64,000 bases of DNA from Narcine bancroftii. Lineage: Eukaryota. Below are positions 39,901-50,183 of this stretch, one piece after another; position 1 is the first letter of the stretch; each line of letters opens with the position of its first letter. The notes beneath the pieces are model-generated. The model searched no databases, was not told the DNA's origin, and saw nothing but the letters and a program-made list of their open reading frames with translations. The stretch is taken from positions 76,260,001 through 76,324,000 of the forward strand of contig NC_091478.1 in the NCBI RefSeq assembly GCF_036971445.1. The letters are read 5' to 3'. The position numbers and the translations under genes are program-made.

Positions 39901-42389
39901 GCCATTGACTTTGTTGACCACACTCTTGTTGCCAGCTCTAGATAATGTGTGCCTTACCCGGGTCCAGGTCATTGACCATGTTGACCACACTCTTGTTGCC
40001 AGTCTAGATAATATGTGCCTTACCCGGGTTCAGATCATTGACCATGTTGACCACAGTCTTGTTGCCAGTCTAGATATGTGCCTTACCCAGGTTCAGATCA
40101 TTGACCATGTTGACCACAGTCTTGTTGCCAGTCTAGATAATATGTGCCTTACCCGGATTCAGATCATTGACCATGTTGACCACAGTCTTGTTGCCAGTCT
40201 AGATATGTGCCTTACCCGGGTCCAGGTCATTGACCATGTTGACCACAGTCTTGTTGCCAGTCTAGATAATGTGTGCCTTACCCGGGTCCAGGTCATTGAC
40301 CATGTTGACCACACTCTTGTTGCCAGTCTAGATATGTGCCTTACCCGAGTCCAGGTCATTGACCATGTTGACCACACTCTTGTTGCCAGTCTAGATAATA
40401 TGTGCCTTACCAGGGTTCAGATCATTGACCATGTTGACCACACTCTTGTTGCCAGTCTAGATAATATGTGCCTTACCAGGGTTCAGATCATTGACCATGT
40501 TGACCACACTCTTGTTGCCAGTCTAGATATGTGCCTTACCCGGGTCCAGGTCATTGACCATGTTGACCACACTCTTGTTGCCAGTCTAGATAATATGTGC
40601 CTTACCCGGGTCCAGGTCATTGACCATGTTGACCACACTCTTGTTGCCAGTCTAGATAATATGTGCCTTACCAGGGTTCAGATCATTGACCATGTTGACC
40701 ACACTCTTGTTGCCAGTCTAGATATGTGCCTTACCCGGGTCCAGGTCATTGACCATGTTGACCACACTCTTGTTGCCAGTCTAGATAATATGTGCCTTAC
40801 CCGGGTCCAGGTCATTGACCATGTTGACCACACTCTTGTTGCCAGTCTAGATAATATGTGCCTTACCAGGGTTCAGATCATTGACCATGTTGACCACACT
40901 CTTGTTGCCAGTCTAGATATGTGCCTTACCCGGGTCCAGGTCATTGACCATGTTGACCACACTCTTGTTGCCAGTCTAGATAATATGTGCCTTACCCGGG
41001 TCCAGGTCATTGACCATGTTGACCACACTCTTGTTGCCAGTCTAGATAATATGTGCCTTACCAGGGTTCAGATCATTGACCATGTTGACCACACTCTTGT
41101 TGCCAGTCTAGATATGTGCCTTACCCGGGTCCAGGTCATTGACCATGTTGACCACACTCTTCTTGCCAGTCTAGATAATATGTGCCTTACCCGGGTCCAG
41201 GTCATTGACCATGTTGACCACACTCTTGTTGCCAGTCTAGATATGTGCCTTACCCGGGTCCAGGTCATTGACCATGTTGACCACACTCTTGTTGCCAGTC
41301 TAGATAATATGTGCCTTACCCGGGTCCAGGTCATTGACCATGTTGACCACACTCTTGTTGCCAGTCTAGATAATATGTGCCTTACCAGGGTTCAGATCAT
41401 TGACCATGTTGACCACACTCTTGTTGCCAGTCTAGATATGTGCCTTACCCGGGTCCAGGTCATTGACCATGTTGACCACACTCTTCTTGCCAGTCTAGAT
41501 AATATGTGCCTTACCCGGGTCCAGGTCATTGACCATGTTGACCACACTCTTGTTGCCAATCTAGATATGTGCCTTACCCGGGTCCAGGTCATTGACCATG
41601 TTGACCACACTCTTGTTGCCAGTCTAGATAATATGTGCCTTACCCGGGTCCAGGTCATTGACCATGTTGACCACACTCTTGTTGCCAGTCTAGATAATAT
41701 GTGCCTTACCAGGGTTCAGATCATTGACCATGTTGACCACACTCTTGTTGCCAGTCTAGATATGTGCCTTACCCGGGTCCAGGTCATTGACCATGTTGAC
41801 CACACTCTTCTTGCCAGTCTAGATAATATGTGCCTTACCCGGGTCCAGGTCATTGACCATGTTGACCACACTCTTGTTGCCAGTCTAGATATGTGCCTTA
41901 CCCGGGTCCAGGTCATTGACCATGTTGACCACACTCTTGTTGCCAGTCTAGATAATATGTGCCTTACCCGGGTCCAGGTCATTGACCATGTTGACCACAC
42001 TCTTGTTGCCAGTCTAGATAATATGTGCCTTACCAGGGTTCAGATCATTGACCATGTTGACCACACTCTTGTTGCCAGTCTAGATATGTGCCTTACCCGG
42101 GTCCAGGTCATTGACCATGTTGACCACACTCTTGTTGCCAGTCTAGATAATATGTGCCTTACCCGGGTCCAGGTCATTGACCATGTTGACCACACTCTTG
42201 TTGCCAATCTAGATATGTGCCTTACCCGGGTCCAGGTCATTGACCATGTTGACCACACTCTTGTTGCCAGTCTAGATAATATGTGCCTTACCCGGGTCCA
42301 GGTCATTGACCATGTTGACCACACTCTTGTTGCCAGTCTAGATAATATGTGCCTTACCAGGGTTCAGATCATTGACCATGTTGACCACC
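39901..42389. repeat. Tandem array of 38 units of 63 or 66 bp, each a copy of the TMPPE exon-1 3' end plus 5' splice site plus start of intron 1
   Basis: Minus-strand unit: GTGGTCAACATGGTCAATGA(T/C)CTG(A/G)ACCC(T/G)G/GTAAGGCACAT(ATT)ATCTAGACTGGCAACAAGAGT. The terminal unit is the real exon end. Higher-order periods of 195 and 324 bp. Confidence 0.97.
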
Positions 42390-43036
42390 ATTTGAAGTTT
42401 GCTCCTTCCCACTGTGGGCCCCAGGTGGATATCGGACAGCAACACCATCTTCAGCTGATGGAATGACTGAGGCAGCTTGTGGAGAGGAAGCTCCACCCGT
42501 TTGACGACGGGGGGCAGGCGGCCGTTGAGGAGCCCCAGTACGGTGCAGACCAGGGTGAAGGAGAGGGCGACGGCGAGGGCCAGGCCTGGACGGGCCGAGG
42601 GCGTCCGGCTGACGCAGCCGCGGGCCCGGTCCAGCGCCCCGCACGCCAGCAGGCTGAAGAGGAGGAAGACGTAGGCCCCGAGGCAGGAGTAGCAGAGCAG
42701 GGAGAGGGGGTGCGGCTCCTCGGACACCAGCGTGAGGAGGCAGGCGGAGCTGGAGTGGGCCAGGAGGAGGAAGGCCGCCAAGGTGGCTCTCCAGGCCCGC
42801 AGGCCCCGGCTGGGAGGTCCGGGCCGGGGGCCGTGCAGGCCAGCCGCGGCCTTGCTCCAGATGTAGTGCGTCGCGGCGGCCATGAGGGTGTTGAGGAGCA
42901 GCAGGGCCTGCACCCGGAGCACCCTCAACAGCGTGAGCTGCTCGATGCGCCCGCGGACGCTCCAGGCGGCCGCCATGGACACAAGCACGGCGGCGGCGGC
43001 CAGCGACACGCCGGCCTGCCACGGCAGCCTGCCCAT
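42358..43036 (-). CDS. TMPPE: TMPPE coding exon 1 (transmembrane segments plus LLSDIHLGP motif I); full CDS 1287 nt, 428 aa
   Basis: Hydrophobic N-terminus followed by LSDIHLGPTVGRSKL; CTG/GTAAGG donor at 42357; all five exons join in frame with all calcineurin-like phosphoesterase motifs. Confidence 0.93.
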
Positions 43037-43560
43037 GTCCGGGCCCTCACCACGCAGTTATTGCCGGGGTGGAGGGACCTCAGCCGGCCGCTTCCTCACG
43101 CCGGGGCCGCGGGCTGGAGGAGACACGAGGCTGGACCGGGTGGTGGTGGGCGGGGTGGAGCGCGCCTCGGGCTCGGGGAGAGGGGGCGAGAGCGCGTCTC
43201 GGGCTCGGGGAGTGGGGGCGAGAGCGCGCCTCGGGGAGAGGGGGCGAGAGCGCGCCTCGGGTTCGGTGAGAGAGCGCGCCTCGGGCTCGGGGAGAGGGGG
43301 CGAGTGCGCGCCTCGGGCTCCGGGGAGAGGGGCCGAGAGCGCGCCTCAGGCTCCGGGGAACTGGCGAGAGCGCGCCTTGGGACGGTGCCCCTCACCCGCG
43401 AGGCCGCCCGTGAACGATGCGGCCCCTCACCCGCGAGCCGTGCACGCGTGGCGGTGCCCCCGGTCGGCCCGGAGAAGAGGGGCGTGGCGTGACTCCCTAA
43501 AGTCCGCTCTCCCACCGTTGTCCCACCCCACCGCATCGTGGCCCAAGGCCAATGCGAACG
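42480..43560. promoter_or_regulatory. CpG island / TMPPE promoter region
   Basis: Very GC- and CpG-rich against an AT-rich, CpG-poor background; covers the start codon and upstream region. Confidence 0.8.
43158..43380. repeat. GC-rich minisatellite (about 32-bp unit, 7-8 degenerate copies) upstream of the TMPPE ATG
   Basis: Recurring gagcgcgcctcgggctcggggagagggggcga with internal deletions. Confidence 0.85.
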
Positions 43561-43794
43561 AAAATAAACTCGAAGCAGGGACCGGGCCGGGTTGCTGTAT
43601 GTATAAATTAATTAAAAAAAAACAGGAAACATTCTCGGGAAATGCCATTAATGTGGTTAAAATACAATCTGAAGTGTTTTAATGTAAGGAATCAGCCATT
43701 AGATTCGCTTTTATCGCGAGGAAGCCGAGTTCGGAGTTCGGGAATTCCGGGTTCGGAGGGTGCTTCCCTGCTTTGTCTCCATGTTTCCACCGCG

Positions 43795-43877
43795 GTCAGG
43801 ATGGCCGAGCGGTCTAAGGCGCTGCGTTCAGGTCGCAGTCTCCTCTGGAGGCGTGGGTTCGAATCCCACTCCTGACA
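43795..43877 (+). tRNA. tRNA-Leu (CAG)
   Basis: GTCAGGATGGCCGAGCGGTCTAAGGCGCTGCGTTCAGGTCGCAG...GGTTCGAATCCCACTCCTGACA; 83 nt, intact A and B boxes, long variable arm, TTTT at 43885-43888. Confidence 0.97.
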
Positions 43878-44369
43878 CAGCTCGTTTTGAATCTTTTTAA
43901 ATGTGAGTCCTTGACATGTTGATTAGCATTCAAAAATTGGGATGCAGGTTGTCATGAAAACATTATTATTTTGCGGCAGCATCACAGTGCAAACATTCAT
44001 TTTAGCTACCTTACAAAAAAAAAATTAGTGAACGAAAAGTCAAATTAAGTCATTGATCCTTTGGAATCTGATGGCAGCCCTGAAGAAGCTGACCTTGTGC
44101 TGCTTAGTAAGCTCGACTATTGATGTAAGCTGTATTTAGATCATGTAAAACGTTGTTTATTATTTTATTGCTAATTTGCAGTCACATCCTTGTTTTTAAC
44201 TCCTCACAGTTTGTTTGTTAAAACAAAAAAAGTCTACTCTTGTCAACAGTCTTTTTGAACAGTGTGCCATTTGTGCAGACCCAAAGTGTGGACACAAAAT
44301 TCTCAACAATATACCGGATGCCTCTTCACTCCTGTCACAGTTCATACAAATTCCCAGGAGTTACATTCA

Positions 44370-45640
44370 GAATTTATTGTCATCAACGTGTCAAGAAATT
44401 CCATGTTTTATGGTAACATTACAAATGCAAAACAAATGCTGTAAATGACTTTTTAAAAATAAATAAATTAGTGCAAAAAGAAGAGAAAAGGTCGTGTCTG
44501 TGGTTTGTCATACATTCAGAAACCTGATGGCAGAGGGGAAGAAGCTGTAAGTGTGTTCGTCTTCAGGCTCTTGTCCCTCCTTCCTGATGGTAGCAGAGTG
44601 AAGAGGGCATGGCCTGGGTGGTGGGGGGTTTTTGAGGATAGAGGCTACTTTCTTGTGACTGTCTCTTGTAGAGTTCCTCGATGGCATGAAAACTCTTGCC
44701 CATGATGGCGCTGGTGGAGTTCTATAGCCTCTTCCTGTGCATTGGTGATGCAACCATTCAGATTGCTCTCCATGGTACACCTGTAAAAAATGGTGACACA
44801 CCAAACCTCCTCAAACTCATAACAAAGAATAGTGGTTGGTGAGCCTTCTTCATGATTGCATGAACATGAAAGCCACAGGATAGGTCTTAAGAGCTGTTGA
44901 CACCAAGGAATTTGAAAGTCTTTACACTTTCCACTGCTGACGCATAAATGAGGACTGGTTTGTGTTCTGATTTCCCTTACTGAAGTCCACAATCAGTTCC
45001 TTAGTTTTGCTAAACGTTGAGTGCAAGGTTGTTGGTGTGACACCACTCAACTAGCTGATCTATTTCACCTCCTCATTGCCATCTGTGATTCTGCGGACAA
45101 CCATGGTGTCATCAGCAAATTTGTAAATGGAATTTGAATTGTGCCTAGCCCTACAGTCATGGGTGTAGAGAGAGTAGAATAGAACAGTGGGCTAAGCATG
45201 CATCCTTGAGGTTCGCCTGTGTTGAACGCAAGATGTTATTACAGATCTGCCCTGACTGTGGCCTTCCAATTTCAATGGGAGGTTGCAGAGGCCCAGGTTT
45301 TGGAGCTTGCTGAACAGTATTGAGAGGATGATGGTGTTGAAAGCTGAGCTGTTATCTAGGTGATCCAGGGCTGAGTGGAGAGCCAGTGATATTGCTTCTG
45401 TGTAGCGGTCATGGCTGTAGGCAGATTGCAGTAGGTCGAGATCTTTACTTAGATACAAGTTAATTTTGGCCATGACCATTCTCTCAAAGCATCTAATCAC
45501 AATGTGAGTGGTTCCGTTGAGGCAGGTCCCTCTACTCTTCTTGGGATGATTGATGCCCTTTTGAAGCAGGTGGGAACCTCTGACTGCAGCAATGAGAGGT
45601 TGAAAATGTCCATGAACACTCCCGTTAATTGGTCAGCAAG
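44370..45640 (-). mobile_element. Rex1/L2-like LINE RT fragment
   Basis: [62 protein letters not shown]. Confidence 0.8.
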
Positions 45641-46325
45641 AATGTTGCATTTTTCAAGGTAGCTTTGAGGACATCCTTGAAATGTTTCTATTATCCATCT
45701 GATAATCTCTTCTGTGATAAAGGTTGGAATAGAGGGCCAGGACAATCTCATTACTCATTCAGAGTATCACTACAATGTTTTCCCTTTTCCAATTTTCTTT
45801 TTTAAATTAGTTTTGAATCTACTCAAGTTCAATTTCAAATTTATTGCTATAGTACATACATGATATCACATACAACCCTGAGATTTTTTCTCCTGTGGGC
45901 CAGTCAGAATTTATACTTATTGGTCGTGTACACTGTACTCAAGGAAAAGATAAATATGCAAAGAGAAAAATGTAAATAAACTAAATGTTCAATACAGGGG
46001 AAAAAAAATCAGTAATAAATAATCCTGCTGCAGCTGCTGTAACAGTCGCGCTGCTGCTTGCGGACACGCAGAGAGCGGAGACACAGCGCTCCTGTGGGGT
46101 CCAATTGCCCAGTCCAACTGCATTCAGGTTTACACAGGCTTTAAACGGTCTGTTAACGGACCCTATGATCAGCAGCAGCCACGAGGGGTTGCAGACTCCG
46201 GGGAAGCAGAAGGCTACTGCAGGGTGCAAGAAAATGGGGAGTATCAAGCTCCTTGGAGTGCACTTGGCAGAGAATCCCTGAACACCAACTCCATAGCCAA
46301 GAAAAGTTCATATCCATCCTCACTT

Positions 46326-47083
46326 CTTTCTTCTTTGGCTTGGCTTCGCGGACGAAGATTTATGGAGGGGTAAATGTCCAAGTCAGCTGCAGGCTCGTTT
46401 GTGGCTGACAAGTCCGATGTGGGACAGGCAGACACGGTTGCAGCGGTTGCAGGGGAAAATTGGTTGGTTGGGGTTGGGTGTTGGGTTTTTCCTCCTTTGC
46501 CTTTTGTCAGTGAGGTGGGCTCTGCGGTCTTCTTCAAAGGAGGTTGCTGCCCGCCGAACTGTGAGGCGCCAAGATGCACGGTTTGAGGCGATATCAGCCC
46601 ACTGGCGGTGGTCAATGGGGCAGGCACCAAGAGATTTCTTTAGGCAGTCCTTGTACCTCTTCTTTGGTGCATCTCGGTGGCCAGTGGAGAGCTCGCCATA
46701 TAACACGATCTTGGGAAGGCGATGGTCCTCCATTCTGGAGACGTGACCCATCCAGCGCAGCTGGATCTTCAGCAGCGTGGACTCGATGCTGTCGACCTCT
46801 GCCATCTCGAGTACTTCGACGTTAGGGGTGTAAGCGCTCCAATGGATGTTGAGGATGGAGCGGAGACAACGCTGGTGGAAGCTTTCTAGGAGCCGTAGGT
46901 GGTGCCGGTAGAGGACCCATGATTCGGAGCTGAACAGGAGTGTGGGTATGACAACGGCTCTGTATACGCTAATCTTTGTGAGGTTTTTCAGTTGGTTGTT
47001 TTTCCAGACTCTTTTGTGTAGTCTTCCAAAGGCACTATTTGCCTTGGCGAGTCTGTTGTCTATCTCGTTGTCCATCCTTGCAT
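46326..47083 (-). mobile_element. Young RTE LINE, 5'-truncated
   Basis: 230-aa ORF EIDNRLAKANSAFGRL...; (aaag)n tail. Confidence 0.92.
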
Positions 47084-47527
47084 CCGATTGAGAGCATTCT
47101 GAGCAATTTCACCGTTGCCTGGTTTGGAAGCTGTAACCGCTCAGACTGTAGGACTCTGCAGAGAACAGTGAAGTCAGCGGAAAAGATCATTGAGGGCTCT
47201 CTTCCTGCCATGACGGATCCCTCGGAAGGCAATAAACCTCGTGAAAGACTTCACATGCCCCTCATGACAATCTGCCTGGCCTGCAGGAAAAGAGATTCTC
47301 GGGGTTCTTTGATAATAAATCCAGAACATTTGCAAATGTTGAACTTGAGCTGCTGCCTAACACACCCCACAGTTAAACTGTGTTACACATTTAGCAAAGC
47401 AAAAATTGGCAAACGTGCCTGGGTTCGGGGCTGTTGTGATGTGATGGCTGCCCTCCTACAATAAAAATGAATGATGCGAGCCCATCGAAATGGTACCAAG
47501 GCTCTCTCTCTCCGCGGGAAAAGCTAC

Positions 47528-47610
47528 TGTCAGGAGTGGGATTCGAACCCACGCCTCCAGGGGAGACTGCGACCTGAACGCAGCGCCTTAGACCGCTCGG
47601 CCATCCTGAC
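47528..47610 (-). tRNA. tRNA-Leu (CAG)
   Basis: Reverse-complement copy, one difference from the first in the variable arm; TTTT terminator at 47522-47519. Confidence 0.97.
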
Positions 47611-48430
47611 GCTGGGTGCGAATTGCGGCCGCACTTTATTTCTCCATTCACGATCACGAGTGGGTTGGCAATCTCTGCGTCTTCTACTTACGGCGCCCCG
47701 CTCCCTGAGCGAATTTGCGGAAAGGGGAAGGTGACAGCATGATTTGAGGCCGGCGCCTCGTCTTTGTCCGCGGCTGACCCATGACGCGGCCACCGGGGGG
47801 CGGGCCACCTATCATGGCGCCTCGGACGCTGAGGCGGGAAGAGGTGGCCGACTTGGTGGCCTTGGCTCTGCGCTCCGGGCTCACGGAGCGGGACATCGCG
47901 CGGCTGCCGTCGGTGCCTAAGCTGCTGGGGAGCTGGGGCCCGGGCAGCCAGGAGGAGGGGCGGGGGGCGGCGGCGGCGCTCGTCCTCCTGGCCTTCCTGC
48001 TGGTCCTCCTGGGCGGCCCCGCGGCGCGGCGCCTCTGGCTCCGGGGCAACGAGGCCTGCGTGCTGGGCTTCTCGGAGCTGCGCAACCCGTTCCGCCGGCC
48101 GTTGGACTGCCGCTCCTGCAGCAACGTGACGGCCGTGGAGCGGAGGAGCAACCTGAGCCACGAGGAGTTCCTGCGGGCCTACGCCTACACCATGCAGCCG
48201 GTGGTGGTGGAGGACGGCCAGAGGAACTGGTCGGCCAGCGACGTCTTCACCTTCCACTTCTTCTCCCAGATCTACAGCAGCGGCAGCGGGGTCCTGGACA
48301 GCAGCGGCAGCGAGTGCCAGTTCTTCCCCTACGACACCGACTTCCGCAGCCTGAGGGATGTGTTCGGCATGGAGGCCGGCCGTGTGGGCATGCAGGGCGA
48401 CGCTGAGCCCTGGTACATCGGATGGTGCGT
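47600..48430. promoter_or_regulatory. CpG island / promoter and first exon of the JmjC-like gene
   Basis: Dense CpG; GC box (ggggcggg) near 47797. Confidence 0.75.
47814..48424 (+). CDS. Uncharacterised membrane-anchored JmjC/cupin-domain protein, exon 1 (alternative in-frame ATG at 47781)
   Basis: MAPRTLRREEV...AAAALVLLAFLLVLLGG (TM)...DCRSC...EEFLRAYAYTMQPVVVED...FFPY...WYIG; donor TG/GTGCGT, phase 2. Confidence 0.88.
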
Positions 48431-48586
48431 GTCGACAACAGTCGGCTCCTTCTCTTCCACCGTGTGGTGGTGGTGGTGGTGGTGGAGGAAGCCTGGGTGG
48501 CAGAGCCTGTGCTGGAGAAACTCAGTCCTTCAGGGAGCCCTTCATCAGGGGGTGACACAAATGGAGGCAAAAGGCTCGAAACGCGG

Positions 48587-50183
48587 TGCTGGCCCATCAA
48601 CAATCCACAGAAGGCCGAGTAGGGAATCAGGCTTTTAATAGCTAAAGACTGGGACACTATCAAACAATCATCCGCCTGATCAAAGTAAAAGGGTGGCAAT
48701 GCAAGGGGCTGTGGTTAGGATCGGTTTCAGGAGGCCAATCACAGTGTAACAGGGGTTTACCACATTCACCCCCTCCTCTTTACAAAGAATCCTGCAGGGT
48801 GAGAAAAAGAGAGTGAAACAACTGGACACACAAACACATTTACAGGTAAGTCTATCCGGGGTGGTGGGGGGGGGGGGGGTCTCCTCTGTGCCAGTGAGCT
48901 GCGTGGCAAAGGTTGGGATGGGCTGCCGTAACATCGTGATCAAGTTGAGGCCTGTTAACTGGTGGTGGAAGGGAGTGTGGTGCACGAGTAGCCTGAGGTA
49001 AGGGGCGGTCAGCTGCACGTTCGGGGACCCCCTAAGGTTGGAGTGGGGGGGAGAGTGTGGAAAGTCGGTGGTGGTCGAGGGGGATCCTGAATCAAGAACC
49101 ATATCTTCTTGCCCATCGGGAAACGTAGGCATACTGGGGGTTGGTGTGGAGGATGCAGACCCTCTTTACCATTGGGTCAGTCTTAGATTGCCTGACGCGC
49201 TTACGGGGCAGGATGGGTCCCGGTGAGGTTAGCCAGGTGGGTGGCGTAGTCCATTCATGAGGCATGCTGTTGGTGGCCTTACGTAAAAGTGACCGAACGG
49301 AGTGAAGTGCACTTGAGAGGACTTCCTGCCAATGGAGATGTGGAGACCCCATTACCTCAGTGCCAGGAGGATAGTCTTTCAGACTGTGGCATTTTCCCTT
49401 TCCACTTGCCCATTACCCCAGGGATTGTAGCTGGTGGTCCTGCTCGTGGCAATGCCTCTGGCCAACAGATACTGCAGCAGCTCATTGCTCAAGAATGATG
49501 TACCCTGGTGACTATGGATGAAGTCAGGGTACCCAAACAGCATGAAGATGCTATAGAGAGCCTTGATAACAGTGGCAGTGGTAATGTCAGGCCAAGGGAT
49601 GACGAAGGGGAAATGGGAATATTAATTAATAACAGTAAGGAAATAGATATTCTGGTTAGAGGAGGGGAGGGGACCCTTGAAGTCGATGCTGAGATGCTCG
49701 AAGGGGCACGTTGCCTTGATAAGATGCACCTTGTCTAGTTGGTAGAACTATAGTTTGTATTCAGTACAGACCTGACAGTTTCTAGTCATTGTCTGAATCT
49801 CCTCGACAGAGTAAGGTAGATTCAGAGATTTAACAAAATGGAAAATTGGTAACTCCAGAATGACAGAGGTTATTGTGAAGAATCTGTCTTTTGTCCATTT
49901 GAAGACTAACACAGGTTCCATGGGATAAGGCATCTGAGGACTCATTAAGTTTCTCTGGTTTTAGATACTGCTCCATAATCATTTGAAAATTTTAGCTATT
50001 AAAATGGATGTACCATCAATAATTCACAAAAACCTGTGTGGTGAAATAAACAAGCTTTTAAAAGCTAACTATCAAACAATCATCCACCTCCTTCAGAGCA
50101 AAGGTAAAAGGGTGGCAATGCAAGGGGTTATGGGTAGGATTGGTCTCTAGCAGCAAATCATGGTATAACAATGGTTTACCACA
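48587..50183 (-). mobile_element. Internally deleted Gypsy element 3 (related to element 1); only the integrase region remains between LTRs
   Basis: LTRs about 50006-50183 and 48587-48764, both starting TGTGGTAAACC on the minus strand; PPT at 48765-48781; integrase peptides similar to 20200-20900. Confidence 0.8.

Noticed and set aside
42292-42340. Array units as cassette micro-exons using the TCTAG acceptor
   Set aside because: No real pyrimidine tract, and the 46-nt segment would shift frame and contains TGA in the incoming frame.
39901-42389. CRISPR-like array
   Set aside because: No unique spacers, eukaryotic context, no cas genes; it is a head-to-tail minisatellite.
39905-42466. 853-aa repetitive ORF (MCLTRVQVIDHVDHTLVASLDN)n on the plus strand
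   Set aside because: It is antisense to TMPPE and arises because the units are 63 or 66 bp and one frame lacks stops. The unit derives from the TMPPE junction and no promoter or splice context supports it. Not called a gene without transcript or peptide evidence.
42369-43682. Several long overlapping ORFs (217, 337, 266 and 146 aa), and similar ones at 47684-48699
   Set aside because: Stop-poor shadow frames of GC-rich CpG islands overlapping the real exons.
46383-47075. Intact-looking 230-aa ORF and its copies as host genes
   Set aside because: 3' ends of 5'-truncated RTE retrotransposons.
48425-48638. C-terminal extension with poly-Trp in the 285-aa ORF
   Set aside because: Intron read-through across a (TGG)n microsatellite and an LTR. 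The conserved frame leaves at the 48425 donor and resumes at 56231.
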